Assembly (NCBI GenBank): GCA_963710605.1
Contig: CAVQBA010000006.1
Span: 320,001 to 384,000 of the forward strand
Origin: an uncultured cyanobacterium
Lineage (GTDB): Bacteria > Cyanobacteriota > Cyanobacteriia > Cyanobacteriales > Cyanobacteriaceae
Direction of reading: 5' to 3'
Length of the DNA: 64,000 nt
Made by a program: the position numbers and the translations under genes. The notes below the pieces were generated by a model. That model made no database searches and was not told the origin of the DNA. It saw only the letters and a list, made by a program, of their open reading frames with translations. This document shows, piece after piece, positions 10,078 through 21,292 of this stretch (positions are counted from its first letter, which is position 1; every line of letters starts with the position of its first letter).

Positions 10078-11157
10078 ATGTCAATAATTAAACCAACTAA
10101 AATCTTTAAACGTACTTTCGGCTCTTGTTTGTCTTTGTGTTTAGGATTATTATCAACTTCTTGTGGCAATAACTCCCCGATTACATCAAACAAAACTGTC
10201 TCCTTACAAGGCTCTGGTACTTCTTTTCCTGCACCTTTATATCAAAGATGGATTCAAGAATATAGTGATAATTATAACAATATTACGATCGATTACGAGT
10301 CAATAAACAGTGGTATCGGGATACAAGATTTTATGGCAGAAAATGTTGATTTTGGAGCGACAGACGCACCTTTAACAACAGAAGAAAGAGCTAGATATCC
10401 TGAAGATAGAGGTCAAGCAATTCAAATACCAATGACAGGGGGTTTACTCGTTTTTGCTTATAATCTATCTGATTATGAAGATAGTCAAAATATTCGTTTA
10501 TCTCGTCAGACTTATTGCGGTATTGTTAAAGGTGAAATCACTAACTGGAATGATCCTGCTATCATAGCTGATAATCCTGATGCACGTTTACCTAATTTGC
10601 CTCTAATTTTCGTTCATCGTGATGACAGTAGTGGTACTACTTTCTTATTTGCTAATCATCTACAAGAAGTTTGTGATAATTGGGAGTTAGGGGCGAGTAA
10701 AGTCGTTGAATGGCCAGTAGGAATAGGTGCTGATGGAAATGAAGGTATCAGTGCTTTAATTCAACAAACCCAAGGTACAATTGGATATCTTCAATATTCT
10801 TATGCTGAAAATGAAAATATACAAGTGGCAACGCTAGAAAATCAAGCAGGTAATTTTATTAAACCTAGCTCAGAAAGTGCTTCTAGGGCATTTACAATTG
10901 ACCAAATACCTGAAGATTTGGTAATATTGATTCCCGATCCTCAAGACACGAATGCTTATCCGATAGTCGGTTTAACTTGGTTACTGGTGTATAGCAGATA
11001 CGACGAAGAACCAGATAAAGCTAGAGTAATGCGAGATTTTGTGGAATGGAGTTTGACTCAAGGAGATGAGATTGCTTCCGAGTTAGGTTATTTTCCTCTT
11101 CCCGATCAATTACAAACAAGGGTACTTAATACAATCCAAAATAACTTAGAACAATAA
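10078..11157 (+). CDS. pstS: Phosphate-binding lipoprotein PstS (copy 1)
   Basis: GSGTSFPAPLY, VDFGATD, HRDDSSGTT, GNEG, IGYLQY and YPIVGLTWLL motifs; lipobox-like Cys. Confidence 0.9.
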   Translation: MSIIKPTKIFKRTFGSCLSLCLGLLSTSCGNNSPITSNKTVSLQGSGTSFPAPLYQRWIQEYSDNYNNITIDYESINSGIGIQDFMAENVDFGATDAPLTTEERARYPEDRGQAIQIPMTGGLLVFAYNLSDYEDSQNIRLSRQTYCGIVKGEITNWNDPAIIADNPDARLPNLPLIFVHRDDSSGTTFLFANHLQEVCDNWELGASKVVEWPVGIGADGNEGISALIQQTQGTIGYLQYSYAENENIQVATLENQAGNFIKPSSESASRAFTIDQIPEDLVILIPDPQDTNAYPIVGLTWLLVYSRYDEEPDKARVMRDFVEWSLTQGDEIASELGYFPLPDQLQTRVLNTIQNNLEQ

Positions 11158-11443
11158 TAACACCGAAAATACGATCGTAATCTATCTAAAATTCACTTAT
11201 TTTCTTTCATTACGGTCTTTTTTTTATGATTTTACCAAAAATAAAAATGAGTAAATCGATCGAATTATAGGTAAAAAAGCTAATTCCAGAATAAATTATT
11301 AATAATAATCTATTCTAAAAAAAATAGTATTTAGACTTGAAAAAAGTTTTTTCTCTATTTTAGTTCAAAATAAACTTATTTTATTTTTATTAGTATAACA
11401 AGTTACTAAATGATCAAAAATAAATGCTTTATAATATCCTAAT

Positions 11444-11473
11444 ATTTATCAATTCTTTACCTGATTTTAAACT
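11444..11473 (+). promoter_or_regulatory. Pho box upstream of pstS copy 2
   Basis: ATTTATCA-att-CTTTACCT-gat-TTTAAACT; same architecture and similar distance to ATG as copy 1. Confidence 0.7.
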
Positions 11474-11526
11474 AGACTAGGTAGCTTAAATACATGATGA
11501 ATAAGATGAGTAAAATCTGAATTAAA

Positions 11527-12600
11527 ATGTCAATAATTAAAACGACTAAAAAAATTAAGCAGACTTTTAGTTCATGTTTATTTTTGTGTTTAGGCTTGTT
11601 GTCAGCATGTGAAACAAAATCTCCTGTTGCTTCAAATACAACTGTCTTGATACAGGGTGCTGGGGCTTCTTTTCCCGCTCCGTTGTATCAAAAATGGATT
11701 CAAGAATATACTGATAATTATGAAAACATAAAGATTGATTATGAATCGGTAGGCAGTGGTAAAGGTATCCAAAATTTTATGGCAGAAAATGTTGACTTTG
11801 GTGCCACAGATGCTCCTTTAAAATTGGAAGAAAAAGCAAGATATCCTCAAAATAGAGGTCAGGTAATTCAGATTCCTGTCACAGGAGGTTTACTCGTTTT
11901 AGCTTACAATTTATCGAACTATGAAGATACTCAAGACATTCGTTTATCTCGTCAAACTTACTGTGGTATCGTCAAAGGTGAAATCACTAACTGGAATCAT
12001 CCAGCGATTGTGGCTAATAATCCTGAGGCACGATTACCCGATCTACCTTTAATCTTTATACATCGAGATGATAGTAGTGGTAGTACTTTTTTATTTACTA
12101 ATCATCTACAAGAAGTTTGTGATGATTGGCAATTAGGGGCGGGAAAAGAAGTTGAATGGGATGTAGGAATAGGTGGTGATGGTAATGAAGGTGTAAGTAC
12201 TTTAATTCAACAAACACAAGGCACAATTGGGTATATTGAATATTCTTATGCTAAAACCAAAAACCTGCAAACTGCTTATTTAGAAAATCAAGCGGGTAAT
12301 TTTATTAAACCTTCATCAGATAATGCTTCTAAGTCATTTGTCATTGATACTATTCCTGAAGACTTTGCCATAACAGTCACAAATCCTCAAGCTATTGATG
12401 GTTATCCTATAGTTGGTTTAACTTGGCTGTTAATCTATAGCCAATATGACGATCGAGATAAGGCAAAAACAATACAAAACTTCGTTGAGTGGAGTTTAAC
12501 TCAAGGAGATGATATTGCCTCCGAGTTAGGCTATTTTCCTCTCCCCGATCGATTACAAACAGAAGTATTAAACAAAGTAAAAAACAACCTATCACAATAA
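11527..12600 (+). CDS. pstS: Phosphate-binding lipoprotein PstS (copy 2)
   Basis: GAGASFPAPLY, SVGSGKG, VDFGATD and HRDDSSGST motifs; clear paralog of 10078-11157. Confidence 0.92.
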   Translation: MSIIKTTKKIKQTFSSCLFLCLGLLSACETKSPVASNTTVLIQGAGASFPAPLYQKWIQEYTDNYENIKIDYESVGSGKGIQNFMAENVDFGATDAPLKLEEKARYPQNRGQVIQIPVTGGLLVLAYNLSNYEDTQDIRLSRQTYCGIVKGEITNWNHPAIVANNPEARLPDLPLIFIHRDDSSGSTFLFTNHLQEVCDDWQLGAGKEVEWDVGIGGDGNEGVSTLIQQTQGTIGYIEYSYAKTKNLQTAYLENQAGNFIKPSSDNASKSFVIDTIPEDFAITVTNPQAIDGYPIVGLTWLLIYSQYDDRDKAKTIQNFVEWSLTQGDDIASELGYFPLPDRLQTEVLNKVKNNLSQ

Positions 12601-12718
12601 GACAATTGATAAATTGATAATAATAACTAATTATCATAAGTTTAGTTTATTAATTGTACATTTTGCATAATAAAAAATAATGAGTACCAAAATAACATAA
12701 GCTTAAAAAAGAACTACC

Positions 12719-13852
12719 ATGAGTACCGTTTTAAAAACTAGAAAGATGTCTCAATCTCCTAAAAGTATAGTCGCAATACCTTATAAAGTTATTCAAGGAT
12801 TAATTGCGAAGAAAGTATCAGGTAAATTGACAATAGAAGATCCCAATGATATCTCTATTGTTTGGGTATTATACTTAAATGATGGCAAAATTAATTTTGC
12901 TACTAGCCAAGGCGGTAAAATCCAACGAATTGTTTATATTCTGACTAAATACTATCCTGGTTACTCATGGGAAATACCTCAGCAAGTTGATGATGATTAT
13001 CAATTTTTTGAGCAGTTATATCAAAACAAATTACTAACAAAAGAAAAATATCGACAAATTCTTTGGGTATATACTCAAGAAGCACTAATTCAATGTTTAT
13101 CATTATCTAGAGCAAAAGTTAGCTTTAGTAAAGAAAATAATTTAGGAGAAATTGTTTTGAATGCTAGTATTAAAAAGCTAGTAAATCCTATCAAGAGAGA
13201 TATTAGCTTATGGGCAAAACAAAAGCAATCAGTTTCTTCACCATTTATCCGCCCTGTGATTCAAAAATGGCCTTCTCTTCAGTATCATTTGATCAACAAG
13301 CAAACCATACTAAAAAAACTCGAAAAACTCAAACCTTACTTTAATGATGAATGTACATTATACGAAATTGCCGAACATTCTGAATTTACAACTTTAGAAT
13401 TAGCTACAATTATCACACCTTTAATTAAAGAAAAATTAATTATCATCAAAACATTTAAAGACATACCAGTGAGGAGAAAACCTGTGGTAGCTTGTATTGA
13501 TGATAGTGCCGCAATACAAAGAGTTGTTAAAATGACTTTGATAGCTGGAGGATTTGAGGTAGTTAGTATAACAGAACCAGCTCTTGCAATTAGTTCTTTT
13601 GTACGGAAAAAACCTGATTTAATTTTAATGGATATTAATATGCCTAACATTGATGGCTATAAATTATCTTATATGATTAGACAATCAACTTTGCTAGCAG
13701 ATATACCTATTTTAATGTTGACAGGTAGAGATGGAGTACTCGATCGAGTGAAGGCAAAAATGGTCGGTGCAGTCGGTTATGTATCTAAACCGTTTGAGCC
13801 GCAAGAATTGATAAAATCAATCAATGAACATATGATGCAAAATAAAATTTAA
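12719..13852 (+). CDS. PatA-family response regulator
   Basis: PATAN-like N-terminus (SGKLTI...GKINFAT) plus C-terminal receiver (CIDDS, LMDINMP, KPF). Confidence 0.88.
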   Translation: MSTVLKTRKMSQSPKSIVAIPYKVIQGLIAKKVSGKLTIEDPNDISIVWVLYLNDGKINFATSQGGKIQRIVYILTKYYPGYSWEIPQQVDDDYQFFEQLYQNKLLTKEKYRQILWVYTQEALIQCLSLSRAKVSFSKENNLGEIVLNASIKKLVNPIKRDISLWAKQKQSVSSPFIRPVIQKWPSLQYHLINKQTILKKLEKLKPYFNDECTLYEIAEHSEFTTLELATIITPLIKEKLIIIKTFKDIPVRRKPVVACIDDSAAIQRVVKMTLIAGGFEVVSITEPALAISSFVRKKPDLILMDINMPNIDGYKLSYMIRQSTLLADIPILMLTGRDGVLDRVKAKMVGAVGYVSKPFEPQELIKSINEHMMQNKI

Positions 13853-13870
13853 TTAAGGAAAAATTATTTA

Positions 13871-14233
13871 ATGAAAAAAATTTTAGTAGTGGATGATTCT
13901 AAATCTCAGCAAAAATTAGTCAACGGTTTGCTTAAAACTTTAAATGTAGAAATTGCTTCTGCTGAAGATGGTAATTCAGCTTTAAAGTGGTTGGGTGAAA
14001 ATGATTTACCAGATGTTATTTTAATGGATATTGTGATGCCTGATATGAGTGGATTAGATGTGTGTCGTCATATCCGCCAAGAAATGAATCATAAAGCCGT
14101 ACCGATTATTTTTGTAACTACAAAGAGCGAAGATTTTGATAAGTTTTGGGCATTAAGACAAGGAGGAAATGATTATATCACTAAGCCCTATAGCCCGATG
14201 GTTTTGATCAATACTGTTAAAAATTATTTATAA
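13871..14233 (+). CDS. CheY-like single-domain response regulator
   Basis: VVDDS, MDIVMP, DKFWALRQG and KPY motifs. Confidence 0.92.
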   Translation: MKKILVVDDSKSQQKLVNGLLKTLNVEIASAEDGNSALKWLGENDLPDVILMDIVMPDMSGLDVCRHIRQEMNHKAVPIIFVTTKSEDFDKFWALRQGGNDYITKPYSPMVLINTVKNYL

Positions 14234-14257
14234 ATGTTTAATTAATAACTTTAGTAT

Positions 14258-14701
14258 ATGGATTATTTTATCGTCGAGTTAGCTCAAAAAACATCAACAA
14301 TCGCCATTCCTCTGGAGCAAGTTCAAGAAGTAATTAGTGTTAATGCTGTTGACATTTGCCCTATCCCCGGAGTTAGTGAGGCTATTTTGGGGATGATGAA
14401 TCAAAGAGGAAACTTAATCTGGTTATTAGATTTATCACTACTTTTGCTAAATGATCGTACCTTAAATAATCAAATACGATCGGCTAAAGTGATTATCGCC
14501 ACAATCGAACAAAAAAAAATTGGTTTAATAGTAAGTAAGTTACAAGAAATAAAAGAGTTGTTAATAATTAATCCTCAAAGGGAAATATCTAATTATCAAA
14601 CAACTGATTATTTTATCGGTATTACCGACAATGAGCTAGCAGAACCAATTGCTGTGATTGATTTAGACAAAATTAATCATTATTTAAGTCTTCGTAATTA
14701 A
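14258..14701 (+). CDS. CheW-like coupling protein
   Basis: PIPGV...LGMMNQRG..WLLDL motif; operon context. Confidence 0.9.
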   Translation: MDYFIVELAQKTSTIAIPLEQVQEVISVNAVDICPIPGVSEAILGMMNQRGNLIWLLDLSLLLLNDRTLNNQIRSAKVIIATIEQKKIGLIVSKLQEIKELLIINPQREISNYQTTDYFIGITDNELAEPIAVIDLDKINHYLSLRN

Positions 14702-14754
14702 TAATTTATTCAATCTACTACTATTACTACTACTTCTTTATAAGGTATTAAATT

Positions 14755-17343
14755 ATGACTCAAATTGAAAGTAAACGCGATCTAATTCAATCTCAATTTT
14801 CTCCTGATATTATTGAATTACAAAATGCTGTTAATGATAATCCTGAAGATTTAATTAATAAATTATCTTTAGCGATCGCACTTGAACAAGAAAAACACTA
14901 TCAAGAAGCGTTCGATGTTTATCAAGATATCATTAAAAATGACGAAGAAAAAGTCTTATCTGATACCGCTCAAGAAGCAATTAATAACCTTAAAGCTCAA
15001 AACTTAATTGTTACTCCTGAAGTAGAAATAGCTCAAAAACAAGAGCCGATACAAAAGCAAAAGCTACAAGTAATTGAGCAAAAGAAAGAAAAAAGTGATT
15101 TACTTTACAAATTAGCTAGTTTACCGATTGGTTCAAAACAATTTATTGCTTTATTAGTATCTAGTTTAATTTCGATTTTAGGGGTTGTTTTAGCAGGGAG
15201 ATTTATTGCTACTACCTTGGGTGAGGCTCAATTAGAAAGACAAGCGGTGACAGAATTAGAAGTCTCCTTAAACAACTATCAATCTCGTATTAACGAAACA
15301 GAATCAGGATTTAGAGGGCAAGCAGATAACAGCACGGTGATTGAAGCGGCTAAGATTTATCGAGCGACAGGCTTAGTACCAAATAATTTGGAAACTAATT
15401 TAAGAAGAATTTTAGTTAATGAAGTATCATCTCGTCAAATTGAGTACGCTACACTAATTGGTTTAGATAGTAAAGTAATTGCTAGTGCTAATAAAGATCG
15501 ATTCGGAATTATTTTCAACCCGAATAATTTGTTAGAAGAAACATTAAAAAATCCTCGTCGATTCCAAACAAATGCGATCGTCTCAGCCGAAGAAATTGCC
15601 ACCGAACAACCACCATTTTATGAAAGAATTAAAGACCAAGATGTATTAATGAACTTTACTTTCACCCCTGTAGTCGATCCAGCGGCAAATATAATCGTTG
15701 GTTTTTTAGTTGGTGGAGAAATAGTTGATGGTAAAACTTTATTCTTAAGAAAAACGCTAGAGACAATCGGTGGTGGTTATGGAGCAATTTATGCTTATAA
15801 AAATGACGAATTAGTTTTGGTTACCTCGGCATTACAAGAAGCCGGTAGCGATGAAGTTGAGACAAACATACCCTTACCCGATTTAAGCATTATTGAACAA
15901 GCACGAAGAGGGGTTGGTGGCGACTTAGTCCAACATCTGAAAATTGAGGATAAATGGTACTCTGTGGCGGTAAAAGCCCTACCTAACTATCAAGGGGAAG
16001 AAATTGCTTTTCTAGTTAGAGGTACACCAGAAGCCCAATTACAAACATTACTTAATCAAAGTTTGACTTATCAATTATTAGTTGGTTTAGCGACTTTATT
16101 AGTAGCAATTCTATTAGCCCTTTTACTCGGAAAAGCATTAACTCGCCCAATTTTGAAACTACAACAAACAGCCGAGAAAATTGGTGCGGGTGAGCAAAAT
16201 GTAAGAGCGGAAGTTACCAGTAATGATGAAGTAGGGCAACTAGCACAGACATTAAACGAAATGGCGGCACAAATTGAAATCTCTAATGCCGAAATCGAAC
16301 AATTAGCTCAACAACAAGAAGCAGAAGCAAAACTACAAAGACAGCAAAGAGAAGAATTACAGAAAAACGTGATCAATCTCTTACTCGAAATTGAAGGTGC
16401 AAGTAGAGGGGATTTGACTGTAAAAGCTGGGGTAGTAGCAGGGGAAGTTGGTTCTATTGCAGATGCTTTTAATACTACCATTAGAGGGTTAAGAAAACTG
16501 GTACAACAAGTAATCGATTCAGCCACCTTGGTACAACAAACAGCTTTAAGTAATGGACAATTAGTTAATAACTTAGCTCAAAACTCTAACAAACAAGATC
16601 AATCTATTCAAACAGTCGGGGTATCAATTGAAGAAATTGCTCAAAAGAGTGAAAATATTAGTGAATCAGCTCAAAATGCGTCTTCGATCGCTCGTGAGTC
16701 TCGTTTAACTGCCCAAGAAGGAGAAAAACTAATTGATGATACCGTAGATAATATCTATCAAATTCGTCATACTGTAGCTGATACCGCTAAAAAAGCCAAG
16801 CGTCTAGCTGATTCTTCTCAAGAAATTTCTAAGATTGTCAGTATTATTTCCAGTATTTCTGAGAAAACAAACCTCTTAGCTTTCAACGCTTCAATTGAGG
16901 CGGCAAGGGCGGGAGAAAATGGTCAAGGTTTTCGGGTAGTAGCCGATGAAGTACGAAGACTAGCAGAACAGGTTACATTTTCGACTCAAGAAATTGAACA
17001 ATTAGTTATCGGTATTCAAGAAGAAACAGGTCAGATGATGAGTATGATGGAAGAAAGTACGACTCAGGTAGTCACAGGTACTAATTTAGTTAAAAGTACT
17101 AAAGATAACCTACAAAAACTTGCTCTAATTAGTAATCAAATTGATACACTCTTAGAATCAATTACTGCTAGTACTGTACAGCAAAAATTAATTTCGCAAA
17201 AAGTGAATAATCAAATGCAAGAAGTAGCGGTAGTAACCAAACAAACAGCAGTTGAATCGAATACTGTATCTCAATCTTTACAAGAGTTAGTGACTGTAGC
17301 AACAGATATGCAAAAATCGGCTTCTGACTTCCAAGTAAACTAA
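14755..17343 (+). CDS. Methyl-accepting chemotaxis protein (N-terminal TPR-like, 2 TM, large extracytoplasmic sensor, HAMP, MA domain)
   Basis: TMs at about aa130-152 and aa441-460; [44 protein letters not shown]. Confidence 0.93.
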   Translation: MTQIESKRDLIQSQFSPDIIELQNAVNDNPEDLINKLSLAIALEQEKHYQEAFDVYQDIIKNDEEKVLSDTAQEAINNLKAQNLIVTPEVEIAQKQEPIQKQKLQVIEQKKEKSDLLYKLASLPIGSKQFIALLVSSLISILGVVLAGRFIATTLGEAQLERQAVTELEVSLNNYQSRINETESGFRGQADNSTVIEAAKIYRATGLVPNNLETNLRRILVNEVSSRQIEYATLIGLDSKVIASANKDRFGIIFNPNNLLEETLKNPRRFQTNAIVSAEEIATEQPPFYERIKDQDVLMNFTFTPVVDPAANIIVGFLVGGEIVDGKTLFLRKTLETIGGGYGAIYAYKNDELVLVTSALQEAGSDEVETNIPLPDLSIIEQARRGVGGDLVQHLKIEDKWYSVAVKALPNYQGEEIAFLVRGTPEAQLQTLLNQSLTYQLLVGLATLLVAILLALLLGKALTRPILKLQQTAEKIGAGEQNVRAEVTSNDEVGQLAQTLNEMAAQIEISNAEIEQLAQQQEAEAKLQRQQREELQKNVINLLLEIEGASRGDLTVKAGVVAGEVGSIADAFNTTIRGLRKLVQQVIDSATLVQQTALSNGQLVNNLAQNSNKQDQSIQTVGVSIEEIAQKSENISESAQNASSIARESRLTAQEGEKLIDDTVDNIYQIRHTVADTAKKAKRLADSSQEISKIVSIISSISEKTNLLAFNASIEAARAGENGQGFRVVADEVRRLAEQVTFSTQEIEQLVIGIQEETGQMMSMMEESTTQVVTGTNLVKSTKDNLQKLALISNQIDTLLESITASTVQQKLISQKVNNQMQEVAVVTKQTAVESNTVSQSLQELVTVATDMQKSASDFQVN

Positions 17344-17441
17344 TTTAGTTAATAGTTAAGAGTTAAAAGTTAAGAGTTAACTAGCGAATACTTAAATTCT
17401 TAATTATTCATTATTCATTATTAATTATTAATTATTAGATC

Positions 17442-20210
17442 ATGCTTGATGATAACATTTTGGCTTTAATTGCTATTGAATCACGGACTTGTTTTTTAGA
17501 AGAAGATGCCCCAGAATTTTTAGGTATTTTAAAACAAGGAATTCCTCAATTACAATCTGTTTTCCAACAAGAGGGTGAAAACGATCGATTACTTGCAGTG
17601 TATCAAGAATTAGGTAGAGCGGCACATTCAATTAAAGGTGGTGCGGCAATGGCAGGGATGAGTCTTATCACTCAACTTGCTCACCCGATGGAAGATCTTT
17701 TTGAAGCATTACAACATAATCGTATCATCGAGATAGAAACAGCGATCGAATTATTGTCTCATTCAACTCAAGAGTTAGAAAGTTTAATTGAAGATGAAAA
17801 TAACAATCTTACTCATGACTCAAAAATTAAGGAAGAAAATGAGCTTAAAGTTGAAGAATTAGTTACCGTTTTACAAGAGTTTTTAGCATCTGCCCAACCA
17901 GATAATCAAACAGCCGAGATTGGTTTACCTGATCATGATTTTATTAAAACTGCTTTACGTGATGATTTATCAGATTGTATTAATCGAGTACAAGAATTTA
18001 TTGATAATCAAGATTTAGCAACTGACAAAAACTTAAGAGAAAGTTTACATATTTTGTTAGAAGAATGTCAGCTATTAGGACAGGCTTTAAGTTGTGACTG
18101 GTTAGTCGAAATTAGCCAAATTGTTAAAGATTTGGAAGTAGATAATAGTTTACCTTTAATTGATTTTGTTCAGTTATCTATTCAAGAAATAAATAAGCAG
18201 AAAGAGTTGTTTTTATCTAGTGATTCAGATTTTAATTTAGAATTATCTAGCGATTTTAAGAAATTACTAAAACCAACTAAAGTTGAAGTCTTAACTCAGA
18301 CGCAACAAGTTAAGCCGACTATTATTCAAGCTAAAACTAAAACTAAAACTAACGATCGTAAATTAAGAGTGCCTTTAGATAAAATCAATAATATGGGAGA
18401 CTCAGTTGGGCAATTGCTAATTTTTTATGAGCAACTAAGTTTGTATGAAAAGCAGATGAAACTTGCAAGCACAAACCTTAAAAAAAGAACTAAATCATTG
18501 TCTCCTTTAAAAGAAGAATTACAGTCATTTTATGACCAACTAACTATTAATGAAAAACTAAATATTTCCTCTTCATCTAATCAGTTAGCTAAAACTACTG
18601 CCGTTTTAATACCAGAAAAAACAGCCGAATTTGATAGCTTGGAATTCGATCGTTATAATAACACTCATACAACTCTACAAAGCTTAACCGAATTAATCGT
18701 TCAAGTCGAAGAAGTTAGAGAAGATTTTGACTTAGTTAATCGAGACTTCCAAGAAACCTTGATTGATATGCGTAAATCTCTTGATAACTTAGACAAAGAC
18801 TTAAGACAAGTTAGATTAATACCTTTCAATAATCTGGCGAGTAGTTTTATCAAACCATTAGCAAAACTGAATCAAACCTATCAAAAACCAGTAGAATTAA
18901 TCATTGAAGGAAAAGATACTTTAGTTGACCAAAATATCATCGAAGCCTTACGTACTCCATTAAACCATCTAATTAGAAATGCTTTTGACCATGGTATCGA
19001 ATCCCCAGAAATTCGTCAACAATCAGGAAAATCATTACTCGCCCAAATTACCTTAACCGCAAAAATTGAAGGAAACAATGTTGTTATTTCTATAATCGAT
19101 GATGGTAAAGGTATCGATATCGACAAAGTAGCTACAAAAGCAAAATCATTAGGTTTACTTGATTCACAGTCAAATTCATCAGCAAATCGAGAAGAAATCT
19201 TAGAGACAATTTTTTCTCCCGGTTTTTCGACGGCTAATCAAGTTACTGAATTGTCAGGTAGAGGAGTAGGGATGGATGTAGTTAAAGCCGAAATAGAAAA
19301 ACTTAGAGGCACAATTCAAATTGACACAGCACAAGGTAAAGGTAGTCAATTTCAGTTAAAAATACCGATGACACTAAACATCATTTCTTTACTGTTAGTG
19401 AAAATGGGTACACAAATAGTGGCAATTCCTTCGGCTGATGTTAAAAGAATTATTCGTTTAAATGATTATCAAAAAAATGAAAATCAACAATTATCTTTTG
19501 AGGATGAATTAATTCAGTTTTATCCCCTCGATTGTATTTTACCCTATCAAAACGATCGACAAGATCAATTTTCTCAACCCTATGTCGGTTTACTCATTAA
19601 TGTAGCAAACAAAAAAATTATCGTTGGTGTTGATGCTGTAGTTGATGAAAAACCTCTAGTAACTAAAAGTTTAGATGATACAGTTGCCACTCCTCCTTAC
19701 CTAGCAGGTTGTACAATCTTAGGTGATGGTAAAGTTGTGCCTATCTTTATTCCTGATTATTTTAATTCCTTACTGGTAAAATCAAATTCTCAAGCTGATA
19801 ACAACCATCAAGATAATCAACCCAAAGTAATCAAAACGGAGAATATATCAATCATGGTAATAGACGATTCTGTCGCCCTTAGACGTATTCTCACTCGTGT
19901 ATTAACCCAAATTGGTTATCAGGTAACTCAATGTCGTGATGGTAAAGAAGCATGGAATACATTACAAAATACTAATCAGAATTTCGATTTAGCTATTTGC
20001 GATTTAGAAATGCCCGGTTTTGATGGTTATAAAGTATTACAATTAATTCGAGTTAGTGATAAATGGGCTAATTTACCTGTGATTATTCTTACTTCCCGTG
20101 ATAATGATTTACATCGTCGTAAAGCTTTTGATTTGGGGGCAAACGATTATCTCACCAAACCTTTTAACCCTCTAGCTATCGTTGAAAAAGTAGCCAGTTT
20201 TTTTGCATAA
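17442..20210 (+). CDS. CheA-like hybrid histidine kinase (Hpt, HATPase, CheW, receiver)
   Basis: RAAHSIKGGA, HLIRNAFDHGIE, DDGKGID, SGRGVGMDVV and C-terminal DLEMP. Confidence 0.93.
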   Translation: MLDDNILALIAIESRTCFLEEDAPEFLGILKQGIPQLQSVFQQEGENDRLLAVYQELGRAAHSIKGGAAMAGMSLITQLAHPMEDLFEALQHNRIIEIETAIELLSHSTQELESLIEDENNNLTHDSKIKEENELKVEELVTVLQEFLASAQPDNQTAEIGLPDHDFIKTALRDDLSDCINRVQEFIDNQDLATDKNLRESLHILLEECQLLGQALSCDWLVEISQIVKDLEVDNSLPLIDFVQLSIQEINKQKELFLSSDSDFNLELSSDFKKLLKPTKVEVLTQTQQVKPTIIQAKTKTKTNDRKLRVPLDKINNMGDSVGQLLIFYEQLSLYEKQMKLASTNLKKRTKSLSPLKEELQSFYDQLTINEKLNISSSSNQLAKTTAVLIPEKTAEFDSLEFDRYNNTHTTLQSLTELIVQVEEVREDFDLVNRDFQETLIDMRKSLDNLDKDLRQVRLIPFNNLASSFIKPLAKLNQTYQKPVELIIEGKDTLVDQNIIEALRTPLNHLIRNAFDHGIESPEIRQQSGKSLLAQITLTAKIEGNNVVISIIDDGKGIDIDKVATKAKSLGLLDSQSNSSANREEILETIFSPGFSTANQVTELSGRGVGMDVVKAEIEKLRGTIQIDTAQGKGSQFQLKIPMTLNIISLLLVKMGTQIVAIPSADVKRIIRLNDYQKNENQQLSFEDELIQFYPLDCILPYQNDRQDQFSQPYVGLLINVANKKIIVGVDAVVDEKPLVTKSLDDTVATPPYLAGCTILGDGKVVPIFIPDYFNSLLVKSNSQADNNHQDNQPKVIKTENISIMVIDDSVALRRILTRVLTQIGYQVTQCRDGKEAWNTLQNTNQNFDLAICDLEMPGFDGYKVLQLIRVSDKWANLPVIILTSRDNDLHRRKAFDLGANDYLTKPFNPLAIVEKVASFFA

Positions 20211-20456
20211 TTAATCAAACCTCAATCTCAATATATCTACAGTCTAAACAGAGTCTGACTTGTCTTAAGTATAAAAAACTGATAGATTATTTAAATACCT
20301 ATTTTTGGTTAATTATTTTGGATATAAGTTAGTTTGTTGCACAATACCAATTACTAGCGAATATAAGTATAATTTAAGACACTACACAGAAGATAATGTT
20401 ATAACCATTAATATTATTTGCCAGTCATAATTATTTATTTAAATTAATCTTATCCA

Positions 20457-21155
20457 ATGAAAATAGTTTTCAATACTTCTCCTGTCAAAATTATTAAATA
20501 CCTGAGTATCGTATTTATCATTCTCAGTATCTTAAATTTGATGGTACAACTATCCAAATATGCTTTTGGTTATCGAGAAGCATGGATGTTTATTTTTAAT
20601 ATGGATAGGGAAGTAAATTTTCCTACCTTATATACTGTTATATTACTTGGTCTGAGTGCTTTTATTCTTTTACAAATTGTCAAGTTAGAAAGCAATCAGC
20701 AAAAGTCATTAGTGCCATATTGGAAAAGATTACACTATATCTTTATTTATTTAGCTTTAGACGAAGCATTTCAAATTCATGAGTTATTTATTATTCCTGA
20801 ATTGGGTAAGCAACTACCCGGTATCTTCCATTTTTTATGGGTAATTCCTTATGGGTTAATTACGCTTTATTTTGCTAATTATTTTTTAAAGTTTGTTTTT
20901 AAGTTACCAAGAAAAATCAATCGATTATTGTTAGTTTCTGGCACTTTTTATATTGGTGGGGCGTTAGGAATGGAAATGGTAGAAGGTGTTTGGGTAAGAA
21001 TTGCCGGCGGAATGCAAAATTTGATTTATGCTTTACTTGCTAGTGTTGAAGAAATGATGGAAATTACTGGTTTACTTATTTTTATTTATACTTTACTTAT
21101 TTATATTATTCAATATTATCAACAAAGTATAAATGTAGAGATCAATATTAAGTAA
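20457..21155 (+). CDS. Multi-pass membrane protein, unknown function
   Basis: About 6 hydrophobic helices; E.NFPT, DE...IHE and EE..E motifs. Confidence 0.75.
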   Translation: MKIVFNTSPVKIIKYLSIVFIILSILNLMVQLSKYAFGYREAWMFIFNMDREVNFPTLYTVILLGLSAFILLQIVKLESNQQKSLVPYWKRLHYIFIYLALDEAFQIHELFIIPELGKQLPGIFHFLWVIPYGLITLYFANYFLKFVFKLPRKINRLLLVSGTFYIGGALGMEMVEGVWVRIAGGMQNLIYALLASVEEMMEITGLLIFIYTLLIYIIQYYQQSINVEINIK

Positions 21156-21292
21156 AAAGTTAAGTGTTAGGAATTAATAATTAGGTGTTATCACCGATGA
21201 AAGTAAGAAGTAAAAAGTATTAATTCTCACCAAATAATTGCGGACAGTGCCAGAATTTATCACTGGTTTTATTATTATCTATTATCTGTTAT

